DNA from: Leptogorgia sarmentosa
Lineage: Eukaryota
Direction: 5' to 3'
NCBI GenBank assembly: GCA_964658305.1
Contig: OZ210884.1
Location: forward strand, 1,054,001-1,118,000
Length of the DNA: 64,000 nt
Part shown: piece by piece, positions 36,401-51,400 of the stretch
Layout: each line of letters starts with the position of its first letter
How positions within the stretch are numbered: position 1 is the stretch's first letter
Notes under the pieces: model-generated
What the model was told of the DNA's origin: nothing
The model's input: the letters and a program-made list of their open reading frames with translations, nothing else
Database searches by the model: none
Translations under genes and position numbers: made by a program

Positions 36401-39400
36401 GAATGCTATATCGTAAATATTAATATTCTACTACCTTTCATTCTATCTTGCTAAACCATCCATCTTTTAAAAAGAGATTTAAAATGTCTTTATTAGCTTT
36501 TACAATGTCTTTAATACATCGATTTTACTCGTAGTTGCCCTGACTCTACGCCATTCCAAACCACCACTGCATCTGAGAGATCGTGCTCACATTTTCATGT
36601 CACAGTGACAACTGCTGCGAAATTTGTTTGAGCATGCGCGAATTAGATTGCATGGAGCGCGGGGAAATTGCGTGTGCTCGCGGGAATTTTCAAAATCTAT
36701 AATGGTGGCTTTTGGGTGCAATCGACCACGCCCTAACTACGACGTTTTGTTGACTCGATAATTCATAGAAAAGAACAAAGAAAATCACTACTTTATCGCT
36801 AACGTTGATTTTCTCTGTCGAAATTCCGTAAAATACTTGTAAAATTTCTCCGTTAATAAAGATATAAACCATTAAAAACACTCACAGTCCGTGCTTCATC
36901 GGATCATAAACTCTTGACTTTCGCCTCGAGATTTATATGTGATTGAAATTGCTAAAATCTATAAATTTACAAAAACAAAATTGGCTCAAGTTACTCGTGT
37001 GATGATGTGCAAATGCACGTTATTGACGTGTAAGAACAGAACTACTTAACTTCTTCACCTGTACATTTCTAGACACCCATCTTTCTGACAGGCATGTGTC
37101 CGAAAGTCTCAACGGTGGGACTGTTGTCGTGAAGGACGAAAACCTAAAAGACGAAAACGTGAAGAGCAAGGACCTGAATGACGAAAATGTGGAGGGCCAG
37201 GACCTGAACAACAAAAACGTGAAGGGCCAGGACCTGAAAGATAAAAACGTGAAGAGCAAGGACGTGGAGGGCAAGGATGTGAAGGGCAAGGACCTGAAAG
37301 ACAAGAACGTGAAGAGCAAGGACGTGGAGGACAAGGATGTGAAGGGCAAGGACCTGAAAGACAAAAACGTGAAGAGCAAGGACGTGGAGGACAAGGATGT
37401 GAAGAGCAAGGACCTGAAAGCCGAAAACGTGAAGAGCAAGGACCTGAAAGACAAAAACGTGAAGAGCAAGGACGTGGAGGACAAGGATGTGAAGGACCAG
37501 GACCTGAAAGACAAAAACGTGAAGAGCAAGGACGTGGAGGACAAGGATGTCAAGAGCAAGGACCTGAAAGCCGAAAAAGTGAAGAACAAGGACCTGAAAG
37601 CCGAAAACGTGAAGAGCAAGGACCTGAAAGCCGAAAACGTGAAGAGCAAGGACCTGAAAGACAAAAACGTGAAGAGCAAGGACCTGAAAGACAAAAACGT
37701 GAAGAGCAAGGACGTGGAGGGCAAGGATGTGAAGGGCAAGGACCTGAAAGCCGAAAACGTGAAGAGCAAGGACCTGAAAGCCGAAAACGTGAAGAGCAAG
37801 GACCTGAAAGCCGAAAACGTGAAGAGCAAGGACCTGAAAGCCGAAAACGTGAAGAGCAAGGACCAGAAAGCCGAAAACGTGAAGAGCAAGGACCTGAAAG
37901 ACGAAAACGTGAAGAGCAAGGACCTGAAAGCCGAAAACGTGAAGAGCAAGGACCTGAAAGCCGAAAACGTGAAGAGCAAGGACCTGAAAGACGAAAACGT
38001 GAAGAGCAAGGACTTGAAAGACGAAAACGGGAAGAGCAAGGACGTGGAGGGCAAGGATGTGACGAGCAAGGACCTGAAAGCCGAAAACGTGAAGAGCAAG
38101 GACCTGAAAGACGAAAACGTGAAGAGCAAGGACCTGAAAGACGAAAACGTGAAGAGCAAGGACGTGGAGGACAAGGATGTGAAGGACCAGGACCTGAAAG
38201 ACAAAAACGTGAAGAGCAAGGACGTGGAGGACAAGGATGTGAAGGACCAGGACCTGAAAGACAAAAACGTGAAGAGCAAGGACGTGGAGGACAAGGATGT
38301 GAAGAGCAAGGACCTGAAAGCCGAAAAAGTGAAGAGCAAGGACCTGAAAAACAAACACGTGAAGAGCAAGGACGTGGAGGGCAAGGATGTGAAGGGCAAG
38401 GACCTGAAAGACAAAAACGTGAAGGGCCAGGACCTGAAAGACAAAAACGTGAAGAGCAAGGACGTGGAGGGCAAGGATGTGAAGAGCAAGGACCTGAAAG
38501 ACGAAAACGTGAAGAGCAAGGACCTGAAAGCCGAAAACGTGAAGAGCAAGGACCTGAAAGCCGAAAACGTGAAGAGCAAGGACCTGAAAGCCGAAAACGT
38601 GAAGAGCAAGGACCTGAAAGACAAAAACGTGAAGAGCAAGGACCTGAAAGACGAAAACGGGAAGAGCAAGGACGTGGAGGCCAAGGGTGTGAAGAGCAAG
38701 GACCTGAAAGACAAAAACTTGAAGAGCAAGGACCTGAAAGACAAAAACTTGAAGAGCAAGGACCTGAAAGACGAAAACGCGAAGAGCAAGGTCTTGAAAG
38801 ACGAAAACGGGAAGAGCAAGGACGTGGAGGGCAAGGATGTGAAGAGCAAGGACCTGAAAGCCGAAAACGTGAAGAGCAAGGACCTGAAAGACGAAAACGT
38901 GAAGAGCAAGGACTTGAAAGACGAAAACGGGAAGAGCAAGGACGTGGAGGGCAAGGATGTGAAGAGCAAGGACCTGAAAGACCAAAACAGGGAGAGCAAG
39001 GAGGTGGAGGACAAGGATGTGAAGAGCAAGGACCTGAAAGACCAAAACGTGAAGAGCAAAGACCTGAAAGACCAAAACGTGAAGGGCCAGGACCTGAAAG
39101 ACCAAAACGTGAAGAGCGAGGACCTGAAAGACCAAAACGTGAAGAGCAAGGACCTGAAAGACCAAAACGTGAAGGGCAAGGACCTGAAAGACCAAAACGT
39201 GAAGGGCAGGGACGTGGAGGGCAAGGGCGTGAAGAGCAAGGACCTGAAAGACCAAAACGTGAAGGGCCAGGACCTGAAAGACCAAAACGTGAAGAGCGAG
39301 GACCTGAAAGACCAAAACGTGAAGAGCAAGGACCTGAAAGACCAAAACGTGAAGGGCAAGGACCTGAAAGACCAAAACGTGAAGGGCAAGGACCTGAAAG

Positions 39401-42400
39401 ACCAAAACGTGAAGGGCAGGGACGTGGAGGGCAAGGGCGTGGAGGGCAAGGACCTGAAAGACCAAAACGTGAAGGGCAAGGACCTGAAAGACCAAAACGT
39501 GAAGGGCAAGGACCTGAAAGACCAAAACGTGAAGGGCAGGGACGTGGAGGGCAAGGGCGTGGAGGGCAAGGACCTGAAAGACAAGAACGTGAAGGGCAAG
39601 GACGTGGAGGACAAGGATGTGAAGAGCAAGGACCTGAAAGACGAAAACGTGAAGAGCAAGGACCTGAAAGACGAAAACGTGAAGAGCAAGGACCTGAAAG
39701 ACGAAAACTTGAAGAGCAAGGACCTGAAAGACAAAAACTTGAAGAGCAAGGACCTGAAAGACGAAAACGCGAAGAGCAAGGTCTTGAAAGACGAAAACGG
39801 GAAGAGCAAGGACGTGGAGGGCAAGGATGTGAAGAGCAAGGACCTGAAAGACCAAAACAGGGAGAGCAAGGAGGTGGAGGACAAGGATGTGAAGAGCAAG
39901 GACCTGAAAGACCAAAACGTGAAGAGCAAGTACCTGAAAGACCAAAACGTGAAGGGCCAGGACCTGAAAGACCAAAACGTGAAGAGCGAGGACCTGAAAG
40001 ACCAAAACGTGAAGAGCAAGGACCTGAAAGACCAAAACGTGAAGGGCAAGGACCTGAAAGACCAAAACGTGAAGGGCAAGGACCTGAAAGACCAAAACGT
40101 GAAGGGCAGGGACGTGGAGGGCAAGGGCGTGGAGGGCAAGGACCTGAAAGACCAAAACGTGAAGGGCAAGGACCTGAAAGACCAAAACGTGAAGGGCAAG
40201 GACCTGAAAGACCAAAACGTGAAGGGCAGGGACGTGGAGGGCAAGGGCGTGGTGGGCAAGGACCTGAAAGACAAGAACGTGAAGGGCAAGGACGTGGAGG
40301 ACAAGGATGTGAAGAGCAAGGACCTGAAAGACGAAAACGTGAAGAGCAAGGACCTGAAAGACGAAAACGTGAAGAGCAAGGACCTGAAAGACGAAAACGT
40401 GAAGAGCAAGGACCTGAAAGACAAAAACGTGAAGAGCAAGGACGTGGAGGGCAAGGATGTGATGGGCAAGAACCTGAAAGACCAAAACGTGAAGGGCAAG
40501 GACGTGGAGGGCAAGGATGTGAAGAGCAAGGACCTGAAAAACAAAAACGTGAAGAGCAAGGACGTGGAGGGCAAGGATGTGAAGGGCAAGGACCTGAAAG
40601 ACCAAAACGTGAAGGGCAGGGACGTGGAGGGCAAGGACGTGGAGAACAAGGACGGAAGAAACAAAGAAGGAAAGGATGATAACAAGAAGAAAACGGGTGA
40701 AGAAACAGAGAGCTATTGGAGACACGGTGAATCTAGCAAAAGAAGAAACACAAGATCCTCTTCCTCTGCTCAGGTATGTTTTGCATTGAAAAAGAAAAAA
40801 TAAACTTACCATTGAGGTGTTGATGACAGCAAATTCAATTCTTTCATTGTAATAAGAAAAGCAGAAATGTTATGGTAAAAACCCAAATCTTATTCGAGCG
40901 TCGTGTTTTAACCCGAATTACTACTGACTTGTACTTCGATGGGTTTACTGAATTTACCAGGATTATAAAAAATTGGGCCAATGTACTTAAGTCATTCATT
41001 TACTTTAATGAGTGAACTTCGTTATTTTCGAGTCCTAGAAGGAGTAATTTCCAATAAGTTTAGTCTTAATTCTCAACGGCGAAAATATGCGATTTCGAAT
41101 GGCAATATTTTTTAGGCTCATACTTGCTTCGCTTATAAATAGAGAGTACTTCATATTTGGCGAGTGCTTACGATTTTATTTTATCAGTTTACGATGGATC
41201 GCCAAACAAACGAGTGAGCGCAGCGAAGGAGTGAGCCAACTGTGAAGTAATTTGTTTATTATATGAGTATAAAAAAGAAGCGATATTGACATACAACGAT
41301 TACAAACGCGACATGAGCGAAATATTTTAATATAAAATTTCTTACGACTTATTGCTTTGTTTCTTTGCATAAAATGCAAGCAGGAGCTATTTTTCAAGTT
41401 AATGAATCCATAAATGTTTTCTTTATTACCTTACGTTTTAATGAAGATTGGTGAAAGTGCCATAAATGTCTCTCCCAAAATCGGACTCCATGTAGCTTTA
41501 CACTGGCCTGCGAACAGGTAGAGGCAAGAGAACGCTGCTCTACGCACGTAAATTTCTATACTCATATAATAATGAATTTTTTAATGAAATTTTATAATAC
41601 ATTTTTAATTAGATTAAGAAAAAATTATGCTAAATCATTACAGCAGTTTTGAGTGATTCGCGACCACCTAACACGAAATATTTGACAGCAATTATTGTTG
41701 GTATGGCATTCAATAACTTCATGACCAGAAAGCGGCCAAATGCGAATTGAGAGTAATAAACAGTTCATAGTAAGCAAATGAGTAACAAAATCCCATGCAT
41801 TTTACCCCAAACAAGCAGAAACTAGGCCTTATTGTCGATTAATTAGAAAAGTCAAAAACAACAATTGCTGTCAAATATTTTGTGTTAGGTGGTCGCTAAT
41901 CACTCGAAACTTCTGTAATAAGAAATTTTTTTTTCATACGCGTGATGTTCTTCCATCTTACAAACTTCGGGTACACTTTATTCTTCGGGTATACACTTGA
42001 TCAAGAAATTTTCTGTTGATAGAATTTTCTCGAAAATTTGACATTTTATTAACTTTCTTTGCCAACATTAGAAAATTTTCAAAGGTTTACAATAATTTAA
42101 CAAGGAAAAAGTAAAAATTTGGGTCTGATTTTGAAACATTTTCCACTGTGACGACATGTATGGTTTCGAGCGCAATTTGGAATTAACATGCACCAGTGAG
42201 TTTTCCAGACCTCAAAATAGGTCTGTGGAAAAAATCACGAGTTTATGTGCACGAGAAACCATACTATCACTTGTTAATAGTTTGTATAAAAGTGAAGAGA
42301 ATTGTAGTGTTAACTTAAGTCTCAAAGCGAAATTTCACCGGCAGAGTTTTCTTGCTTAGTTTATTTCACATTTTACAGCGAGAACGGGGTCAAAAATTCA

Positions 42401-45400
42401 CCCAAGCACGTAACTTTTGTTAGTCTTGTTTGAGATAAAGTTTTTTCCGTCATAAGAAAAAGGTAAAAGCTCTTTGACCCGAAGACAATTTTCACTTTGT
42501 TTTGCGCGGCCTCCATGTTTGTTTTCAATGGTTTTGAAGCAATCTGTAGCTTGAGCTCTAATTTGATTGGCTCAAGGATCAAGACCCTGGGTACGAGGTT
42601 GTGTGTTTCGGAAAATTGCACTGTGATTACAGAAAATTGCACTTGATAACAGAAAATTGCACTGTGATAACACAAAATTGCACTGTGGTTACAGAAAATT
42701 GCACTGTGATAACACAAAATTGCACAGTGATTACAGAAAATTGAACTGTGATTTGGGATTAACTACACTGAAACGAACTAATCGCAGTCGAGTAATACTT
42801 TGATGTATATTATTAACTGACCCAAATAACAGTGCAATTTTCTGTTATCACCGTGCAATTTTCTGTTATAACTTTGAACCAATGGAAGTACAGCTCGAGC
42901 GACTGATTGCCTTGAAAACAAAACAAACATGACGGCCGCGCTAGACAAAGTAAACATTTCTTCCGGTCGCAAATATAGCTTTTATCTTTTTGTTGTGACG
43001 GAAAAGATTTTATCTCAAACAAGACTAAGAAAAGTTATGTGCTTGGGGGAATTTTTGAAACTGTTTTCGTTGTAAAATGTGAAAAAAAACTAAGCAGGAA
43101 CTCTTGCAATTTTGTGGTCTTTGAAAAACTCACTCATGCGTATTATCTTCAAATTGAACTCGAAACCATGCTGTTGCCTATAATTATACTAATATTGTCA
43201 CACTAGTTCAGTCGAGTGCACGTTGATTTTACCAGGACAATTACTGGCGAAATGATTCTCAATTGAAATGTTACAAGCCATTTTTAAAAAATTTTCGTGT
43301 TCTAAACGCCCGACAAACACGACCAAATTGTTTGTTTTTATGCATTTAGTATTTGCTTTGTGTTGAACAGGAAAATGGAAATGGAGATGGTTACTATTAC
43401 AGAAAGCCACCGTTGGATGATTCAAGACATAAACAGAACAATAGGAAAGCGAAAAGCACAATTCTAAAGTATGTTTATAAATTAGGTTAAATCATTGTTT
43501 CATAAACAACTCGTTAGCGCACGTGATTATGCTTGCACTTTGGAATGAACCTTTTCCCTTTTAGGCGAACTTTTGAAATTGGGTAGTGTTTCCACGAAAT
43601 TTCTCGTATCTCCCAAACGTTCACGCGTGTTTCCATAACTATAGAAACACAGAAAATGTTTTCTATTTCTTAAGAATTACGTACGGCAAATAATTTCGAA
43701 TGTGACTATCACTTCCGTGCGTACATAATACAAAAGTATAGAAAATTGGCAAATTTTAAATGACTGGTTTTTCCACTTTACACGTCATTTTGTATAAACC
43801 AAACTTCACAATTTAGTAAATTGATGCATGATGTTTTCGCTCACTACAAATTTGCTCACTGAAGACGACGTGAAAACCACCTGAATGACGTCCTAAAATG
43901 ACGAAGATGACCTACTAGACTGAATCGAAATTAAAATTGAAGATTTTGCAAGGGCGCGAAGCGCCCGCAGTAAAGTCAAGATTATATGAGAACACAGAAG
44001 TGAGATATAACAATGCTTTATTCTCCAAACTCACATTACACAGCTGATGAAGCCTAGGTACTAAAGTAAAACGTCATAACTTGGTAACCTAGCCTTATAA
44101 CTTCAGTTCGAAATCAGCGAGCAGCTAAGAAGCTAACAATATTAAACAATCTAACAATATCTGAATATCTAACAATATCCTAGAACAGTAGAACTAAACT
44201 CCAAAAGGTACCACACGATCATCCACGTCCAAAGCGTCCACCTTACAAGAGAAAAAAGATATGTGTGATCCCGCAGGGCGGGAGGGTGGGATTGTTATAT
44301 CTCACTTCTGTGTTCTCATATAATCTTGACTTTACTGCGGGCGCTTCGCGCCCTTGCAAAATCTTCAATTATATTTCAAACACAGAAGCTCGATATAACA
44401 ATGCTTGTTCAACGCTATAAACCCAAGATCAAAATAGGTCGCAAAACCCTTCGCACAAGCCCAATCACGCGGAAATCGCCAAAACCGTCCTCGCATAAAC
44501 GCCATCGAAGGCTGGTCGGTAGTAAAATCTAGCAAAGGTGGTCGTCCCTGACCAGTCAGCCATTTTAAGGACTTCCTCCAGGGGTACCCCCCCGGCCCTT
44601 GCCTTGGATGTCGAAGCTGACCGCGTTGAATGGCCTTTAAAAACTGCTGTATCTATCCCTGCGCTACTGAGGATTGACCGAATCCAACGAGCAATGGAGC
44701 ACGATTTCACCGGGCGGTGGGGTCTGTGGAAACTAATCAAGAGCTGGTTTGGGGTGGTAGGCCCCATGACTGGTCGAAATGAAGCCGTGCGCGCAATATA
44801 GCACTGTAAGCAGCGAACCACGCAGAGGTTTTCACACTCCCCGTACTTGGCAAAGAAAACTGACGTCACCACAGAAGATGTCTTGGTTAGCCCTGGTAGT
44901 TTAAACTCAACCCCCTCCGGCAAGGTACGCATATAGCGGAGGTCGAGGAGTTTAAGCTCGGAAGAGCGCTTGGGAGCGGTTAGGGCGAGCAAAATAGCTA
45001 GCTTTTGCGTAAGCAATTTCAACGACAAATCCTCGTTTCGGGGAAGTGAGCGCAAATACATCAGGACCGCATCCACGCTCCATGACTGCTGATAACGCGG
45101 CAAAGCTGGGCGCAGGTTAAGGACGCCCCTGAGCAAACGAATAACAAGTGGGTGCTGGCCCACAGGAAAACCATCAATCGGCGGAAGGACACCCGACAAA
45201 GCGGAACGATACGTGTTGATTGTTCTGTATTCCAAACCCTCTTCGAACGAATGAGCCAGAAAGCTAGTTATATCGGCCAAAGTGGGGCAAAATGGATCAG
45301 TTTCCCGTCTGAGACACCAGCTATGCCATTTTTTCCAGGCGGAGTTATAAACTGCGCTTGTGCCCGGCCGCCAAGCTGCCAAGATGAGTTTGGAAGCATC

Positions 45401-48400
45401 CGAACGAATGCCTTCCGAGCGCAACGATCGCTGGATACATGCCACGCGGCTAGCTGAAGAGACTGGTTCGCAAGTAGGGGGTGTATTTCCCCCTGGGGAC
45501 CGAGCAAGAGAGTCTGGCTGAACGGAAGGAGAACCGGTGGGGACATTGACAGGTCCAGCAGGCTGGGATACCAGGCTTGTGTGGGCCATAGTGGGGCAAC
45601 CAAAATTAACTCGCCCCCTTGTTCCCGCAGTTTTGCCAGTGAGCGCATTATCAGGCAAAAGGGGGGAAAGGCGTAATTCCTCCCCTTCGACCAATCTTGT
45701 TGTAGGGCATCGAATGCTATCGCCATTGGATCTGGTTTCCAACTGAAAAACCGGGGCAATTGGGTATTCAGTCTGTCCGCGAACAGATCCAGGGCACAAG
45801 GCCCACGGATCTGCATGAGGGCCCGGAACACTTCCGGGCACAGCCGCCAATTGCTCGAATCGTCGAAGTGTCGAGATTGCCAATCTGCCGTGGCATTGAG
45901 GCGGCCAGCGAGGTGCTCGGCACTCAGGATAATATTCCGGTTGAGGGCCCATTCCCATAGAGCTAACGCCAGGTTGGCTAGGACTAGGGAGTGAGTCCCC
46001 CCTAGACGGTTCACATAAGCTATTGCCGAAGTGTTGTCCATGCGCAGCCTCACGTGGGCACATAACCGACCCTTGGTGAAACTCTTGACTGCGAAAGAGC
46101 CCGCAAGGAGCTCCAGGCAATTTATGTGAAGCTTTTGCTCCATCTGAGACCACAGCCCCCCCGTCTTTACGCCTTGGCACACAGCGCCCCAACCCGCTCT
46201 CGACGCGTCCGTTTCGATTATCAGGTCTGGAGAAGGGTGGAGGAGAGCCCGCCCGTTCCAAGCATTCAGGTGGGCTAGCCACCAGTGTAGTTCGTCTGTC
46301 GCCTCTGGCGACAGGGCAATAGTCGCGTCGTAGCCCTTCTGTTGGGCCAGTGCTCGGTGTTTCAAGTGTTGGAGATGGCGGTAGTGCAAAGGGGCCGGAA
46401 AAATGGCCTGTATTGAAGCAGTTAGTTTCCCGATTAACTGAGAGAGCTCCCTGACGGACACCTCGCGGCGGACCAATAGGCTGTTGCAGTCCGCTTTGAT
46501 CGCTTCCACCTTGTAATCGGGCAGGTGCAGAGTCATATCCCGAGTGTTGACTAGAAACCCTAGAAACTCCAGTACTTGAGTTGGCGCGAAACACGACTTC
46601 TCGAAATTGATCACAAACCCCAAGTTTTCGAGGAGGTACTGTGCCGTTGTCATATCTAGCTGTAGGCCTTCTCTGGACTGATTCATGAACAAAAGGTCGT
46701 CCAGATAAATTATCAGGCGTATCCCCGCTCGGCGCAGAAGAGCAACCACTGGTTTCATAACCTTCGTGAACAGACGTGGGGCAGCCGTTAACCCAAAGGG
46801 AAGGCATGCAAACTCTAGGAGTGTACTCTTCCAAACAAAGCGGAGATACTTCCTGTGATCCTTCCAAATTGGAATCACGAAATACGCGTCCTTCAGGTCG
46901 ATCTTCCCCAGCCAGTCTTGAGGCTGAAGCAGATCTCGCAGAAGGTGGGTGCCTTCCATTTTGAAGTGATCGTATTGGAGGAAAGCGTTCAAATCCCTTA
47001 AATTGATTACCGGGCGGGACTTTCCGTCCCGCTTTGGGACTAAGAAAATGTTGCTTAGGAACTGACCAGAAACCGGCTCGGCCCTGTTCAATGCTCCCTT
47101 GTTCAAAAGAGCGTCGATTTCGATGTCGATTTTTTTCGATTCGGTGTTGGAAAAACGAGGGGGAAGCCTGATTTTGTTTTGAATCGGGGGAGATGTCATC
47201 TCGAGCTTGTAACCCCGAACTGCGTCTAAAATGGCCGGATCGAGAGTAATTTGCTGCCAATTTGGCAGGAAATGTCTCAGTCGCCCCGCTAGAGCGCCTG
47301 GTGCGATTATAGACAGAAAATTTATCTGTAAACGACTTGAAATTAACGAATGAACAGGCGGAACCGGCTTCGCACCTAATTGCTCTCGTATTAAATTTTG
47401 TCGTTTTGTAATGCGATTTGGAACTGTACCTGTTAGTGTTGTTTTCCCCGACTGGGTTGGTACGATTTTCCTCTGCGAGAGAACCCGCCGCTGTACTGGC
47501 TTGTTTGATTCCACGGCCGGGAGTTGAAACCCGGGCCTTCGCTCCATGACCGGGGATTGTAGCCCGGGCCTTTCCCGGGCTGTTGACGAAAAGGCTTGAA
47601 TTGTTTACTGTTGTTTTTCCCGTTGCCATGGCGACCGCCACTCATCAAGCTGTCCATCTCTTTGGACAGTTTTAGGTCTTTAAGAAATGCTTTCTTAAAC
47701 TTTTTGCCAAACAGTTCAGAGGAACCAGGGGCAAACAACTCTGGGTCATCCACCAGATCTAAACAGTCTGGCGAAACTTTGGCCAAAAGGCCCTTTCTAC
47801 GATCTACAAGTGCACAGTGCGACGCGTTGCCGATCAAGGATATTGCCCGACGACAAGCTTCTATCGCGAGAGCCGGGTCTATGCCCGTGCCTTTTTCCTC
47901 AGCTGAAATAGCCGTCTGCCATAGCTGGGAAAGAGGGCCGATAGGGTCTAGCATTCGGCCAGCCATGTTCAACTGGCGACGATCCATGGCTGTATTGAAA
48001 TTCGCACCTCGGCGCTTCAAAAATTTTCTGATGAAATTGTCAACCTTTTTTGGCCGCAAATCCGGGTGAAACGGCACAGGGGTTTCTCCACCCATGGCCT
48101 TTCTGGCCGATTTTGACAGGCCCTGGACCACCGCTGCTGCAGCGAAGTCAATAATCGGCTCGCCAACTGGAATATCCGAGCTGGCGGGCTCTAGCATGCT
48201 CGATCCTTCATCGTCCGAAGGGCTCGAGTCCTGGCTCGAAGAAGAACTTTCAGAGCTCGAAGACGAGCTACTTGAGCTGCTCGACGAGTCGTAAGTGCGT
48301 GACTTATAGCGTCGTTTTTTTGAGGCCTTTGATTTTTTTGAGGCCGACTTTGAGGAGCGTTTCCTTTTCTTGTTCTGAACTGCTGTGCAGTTGTCAGAGA

Positions 48401-51400
48401 AATTTTTCCTCGGTGCTGACACCGGATTTTTTTCTCGCGATTTACGCGGAGCTACGTCTTCAGGGGCTAGCATTTCCCCGTCTGCCCTTGGCAGTGTCGG
48501 CTGGTCGTCCGCCGAAGCCATGGGGCTGTAAAAATAAATTAAACTCGGTGGAAAGTACAAATTCTATAAAATCTCGAAGAGCGTCAAAAAACACAACCGT
48601 GCAATGCGAGCTGATGAAGAACTGAAGTTATAAGGCTAGGTTACCAAGTTATGACGTTTTACTTTAGTACCTAGGCTTCATCAGCTGTGTAATGTGAGTT
48701 TGGAGAATAAAGCATTGTTATATCGAGCTTCTGTGTTTGAAATATAATTCTTCTTGCCACGCCATTTTCACTTTGTCGTAGAGGTCGACATCCTTGATCT
48801 AAATCTATGTATTTTAACGCCATTTCGCCAAAAATCGATCCATTTAAAAAATTTTAAGAGTTAGATACATTTCAAGTCTCGATAGATGTGTTACCATTCA
48901 GTTTATCTCGCTATAACTACTCAAAAGTGATTGCAAACAAGCAATAACACGTTGAATTGCGTAACAGCATACTCGTTGCTGTGGGTAGTCAATTGAACCA
49001 CTACTGTTATTGGGCAGTTCAGTTTATAGTAATAGAGTAATTTCTGTAGTGTCACTTTTTTGAGATACATGAATTTCTATGATGTATAATTGTAAGCGCC
49101 GGTATAAAAGCAAAAGAAGCATGCCTGTGTGACGTGTGCGTTATTATTAACGATACTATCAAAGCAAATTTGTTGCTTTAGTAGTTAGTACAAAGGTCAC
49201 ATGTTAATGCGAGCTGACACGTGTATGCGGACGCTGATTTTGTTGTTAACTGGTCAATAATATATTAGAGCCTGCTCGAGTCTGCTTGCGGAAAACTGTC
49301 GAATTTCTTGAGTTCCGCGTGACCTAGTTTCAAACATATGTTAACTTTGACACTTCGTATATATACTAACTATTTTCTTTATATTTTAGAGTTCCTGATA
49401 TAAATGTAGATGAAAAATCTCTAACCATAGTTTTCCACGCGATTTTATCAAAAAATTTTACTGTTCATGAAGGAGAGAAAATTGTGATTTGTGGAGAAAA
49501 CCCAATTTTTGCGGGTGGTTGGGAAAGAAGTATGGTCCCTGTCACTATTGAAGAGTAAGTATCAAAGTATGCCATGTTAAATGACTTGAGCGAATTGATG
49601 AACGAATGAGTTTAGAAGATTACTGTTATAGCAGCGAAATGCTTGCGGTGAAAAAACGCTTGGTTGAGCTAGGCTGTGACGAAGTTTCATAATCGGCTGT
49701 TAAACTACCATGTGTTCAGACCACTGAGCTAAAGAAATACTGGAGAGAGTGCACGGCATCAAAAAGTGAAGCCAAAATTATGGCGTGGATTCATGCTTGC
49801 CACGCCAGATCCACGCCACTGGTTCCTAATTTTCATTGGAGCACCACTGACCACAACTAACTTTGAGCCCACTAAAGACTTGTTTTGGCCAAAATATTTT
49901 GGTTTTTGCAAAGGATTTTTCGGTTTTTCTTCCTTTTTTGACATTCTGATATCATTTGCTGCCTTCAAGACGACTGAAGAAGTGGCGACATCCATTCTAG
50001 CTAGTTAAAAATTAAGCGACACAGATATTCAGAGCTCGAAAATCTCATTTGAAACTTGAAAGGTAGTCTTTTTAGAAAATATTTTATTCAATTTTTTGCA
50101 TAAAAAAGGGATTACATTTACCTTTTTGGTTGAAAAAACTCTGCTTTTTTTATAAGGATTGCGAAACCGTTTCAGCCGTGCAAAAATTCGGCCTTTTCGT
50201 CTTGATTTTTTCAATATAAAAACAAAATTTCGGCTTTTTTTTACAAAAACATCGTCGGTCGGAAACATGAGACCGCTGTTGGTCAGTGGAAATTATGTGA
50301 GAAATAGGAACCAGTGGCGTCAGCAACGGTAAAATCCGCCATGTTTTTGGCTTCACTCCTTTGTATGAAAAAAGTCGAGTGCACTCTCTCCAGTAATATT
50401 ATATCTCAGTGGTTCAGACCTTGGAATAACGCTCGACTATGAGGATCCCATAAATGACATCAGGGGGGGAGAACATCCTATTGACTTGTGCGAAAGCCTG
50501 AAATCGTCAACTATCGCCGGTTCCTGTTACAAGAACTGGAACTACGTTTCTTTTTGAGTGTGAATGAACAAAGATGTACACTCCGGTCAGTTTAATTAAT
50601 TTGGGCAATGTTTTAGATCGTTGCGTCAATAAAAAATCCAGACTTGTAGCATTGAAATAAGATGCGCTAGTGCACTCTCAGCGTTTGTTTACAACATTTT
50701 TATCGTAGGTTCGCAGCCTTGCAGTACTGGTTTGATAAAGTTTTAATGAATTATTTTTAATTTACAATTAAAATTTTTTATTTGATTGAATAAAAAACAG
50801 TTTTTGAAAAATATTGGCTCCCCCCGTCCCTGGATAATCCTGAATATTCAAAAACGTATTTGATAGCCTATACCAAGTGATCAGTAAATGGACAAGATTT
50901 TGAATTTTTTGAAGTACAACCTATTTAAGTTTGAAGTTGAAGCCGTCGAAGTTTAAGATCTTATCATTTTCCCGCACATCCATTAATTTTCTATATAATT
51001 TACTTTCTTGTCTATTCAGATTTTATAACAAACACATACGGTTACGTTGTGAGATCAAGGTTCCAGTTCAGCATGCCAACCGTGAATGTGGATACAAATA
51101 TGTGCTGTTGGACAAGGGAAATGAACCAACTTATGAAGAGATTGTTCAATTCAGGTCGTATGGTGTAGGCTCCATGAATCGATGTCTTGTTATTGATAAA
51201 GAATATACTGCAGAAAAGAGTAAGTTAGGGGAATGACTTAATGTATAGAGTATTTAATGCAAGAAGGGATGAAGGTGAAAATAATTTCGTACAATGTGTT
51301 GAATTTCGGTCTATACACTACCATGATCATGCTGCCCACCTGCGGCATCGCAGTCTATATGCATGACCATGGGAAACAATAATATTTCTTTATAACATGT

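Larger units (their letters stand above)
43935..48749 (-). mobile_element. Full-length DIRS1-type tyrosine-recombinase retrotransposon
   Basis: ITRs ~44002-44108 and ~48619-48724; internal complementary region ~44291-44406 pairs with both outer ends, joined at AATT; AATT at both termini; gag, RT-RNaseH-MT and YR ORFs. Confidence 0.96.

Noticed and set aside
37020..40812. Two ~1220-aa hydrophobic ORFs on the minus strand
   Set aside because: Antisense shadows of the 30-bp repeat; the plus frame is the one supported by splice phases
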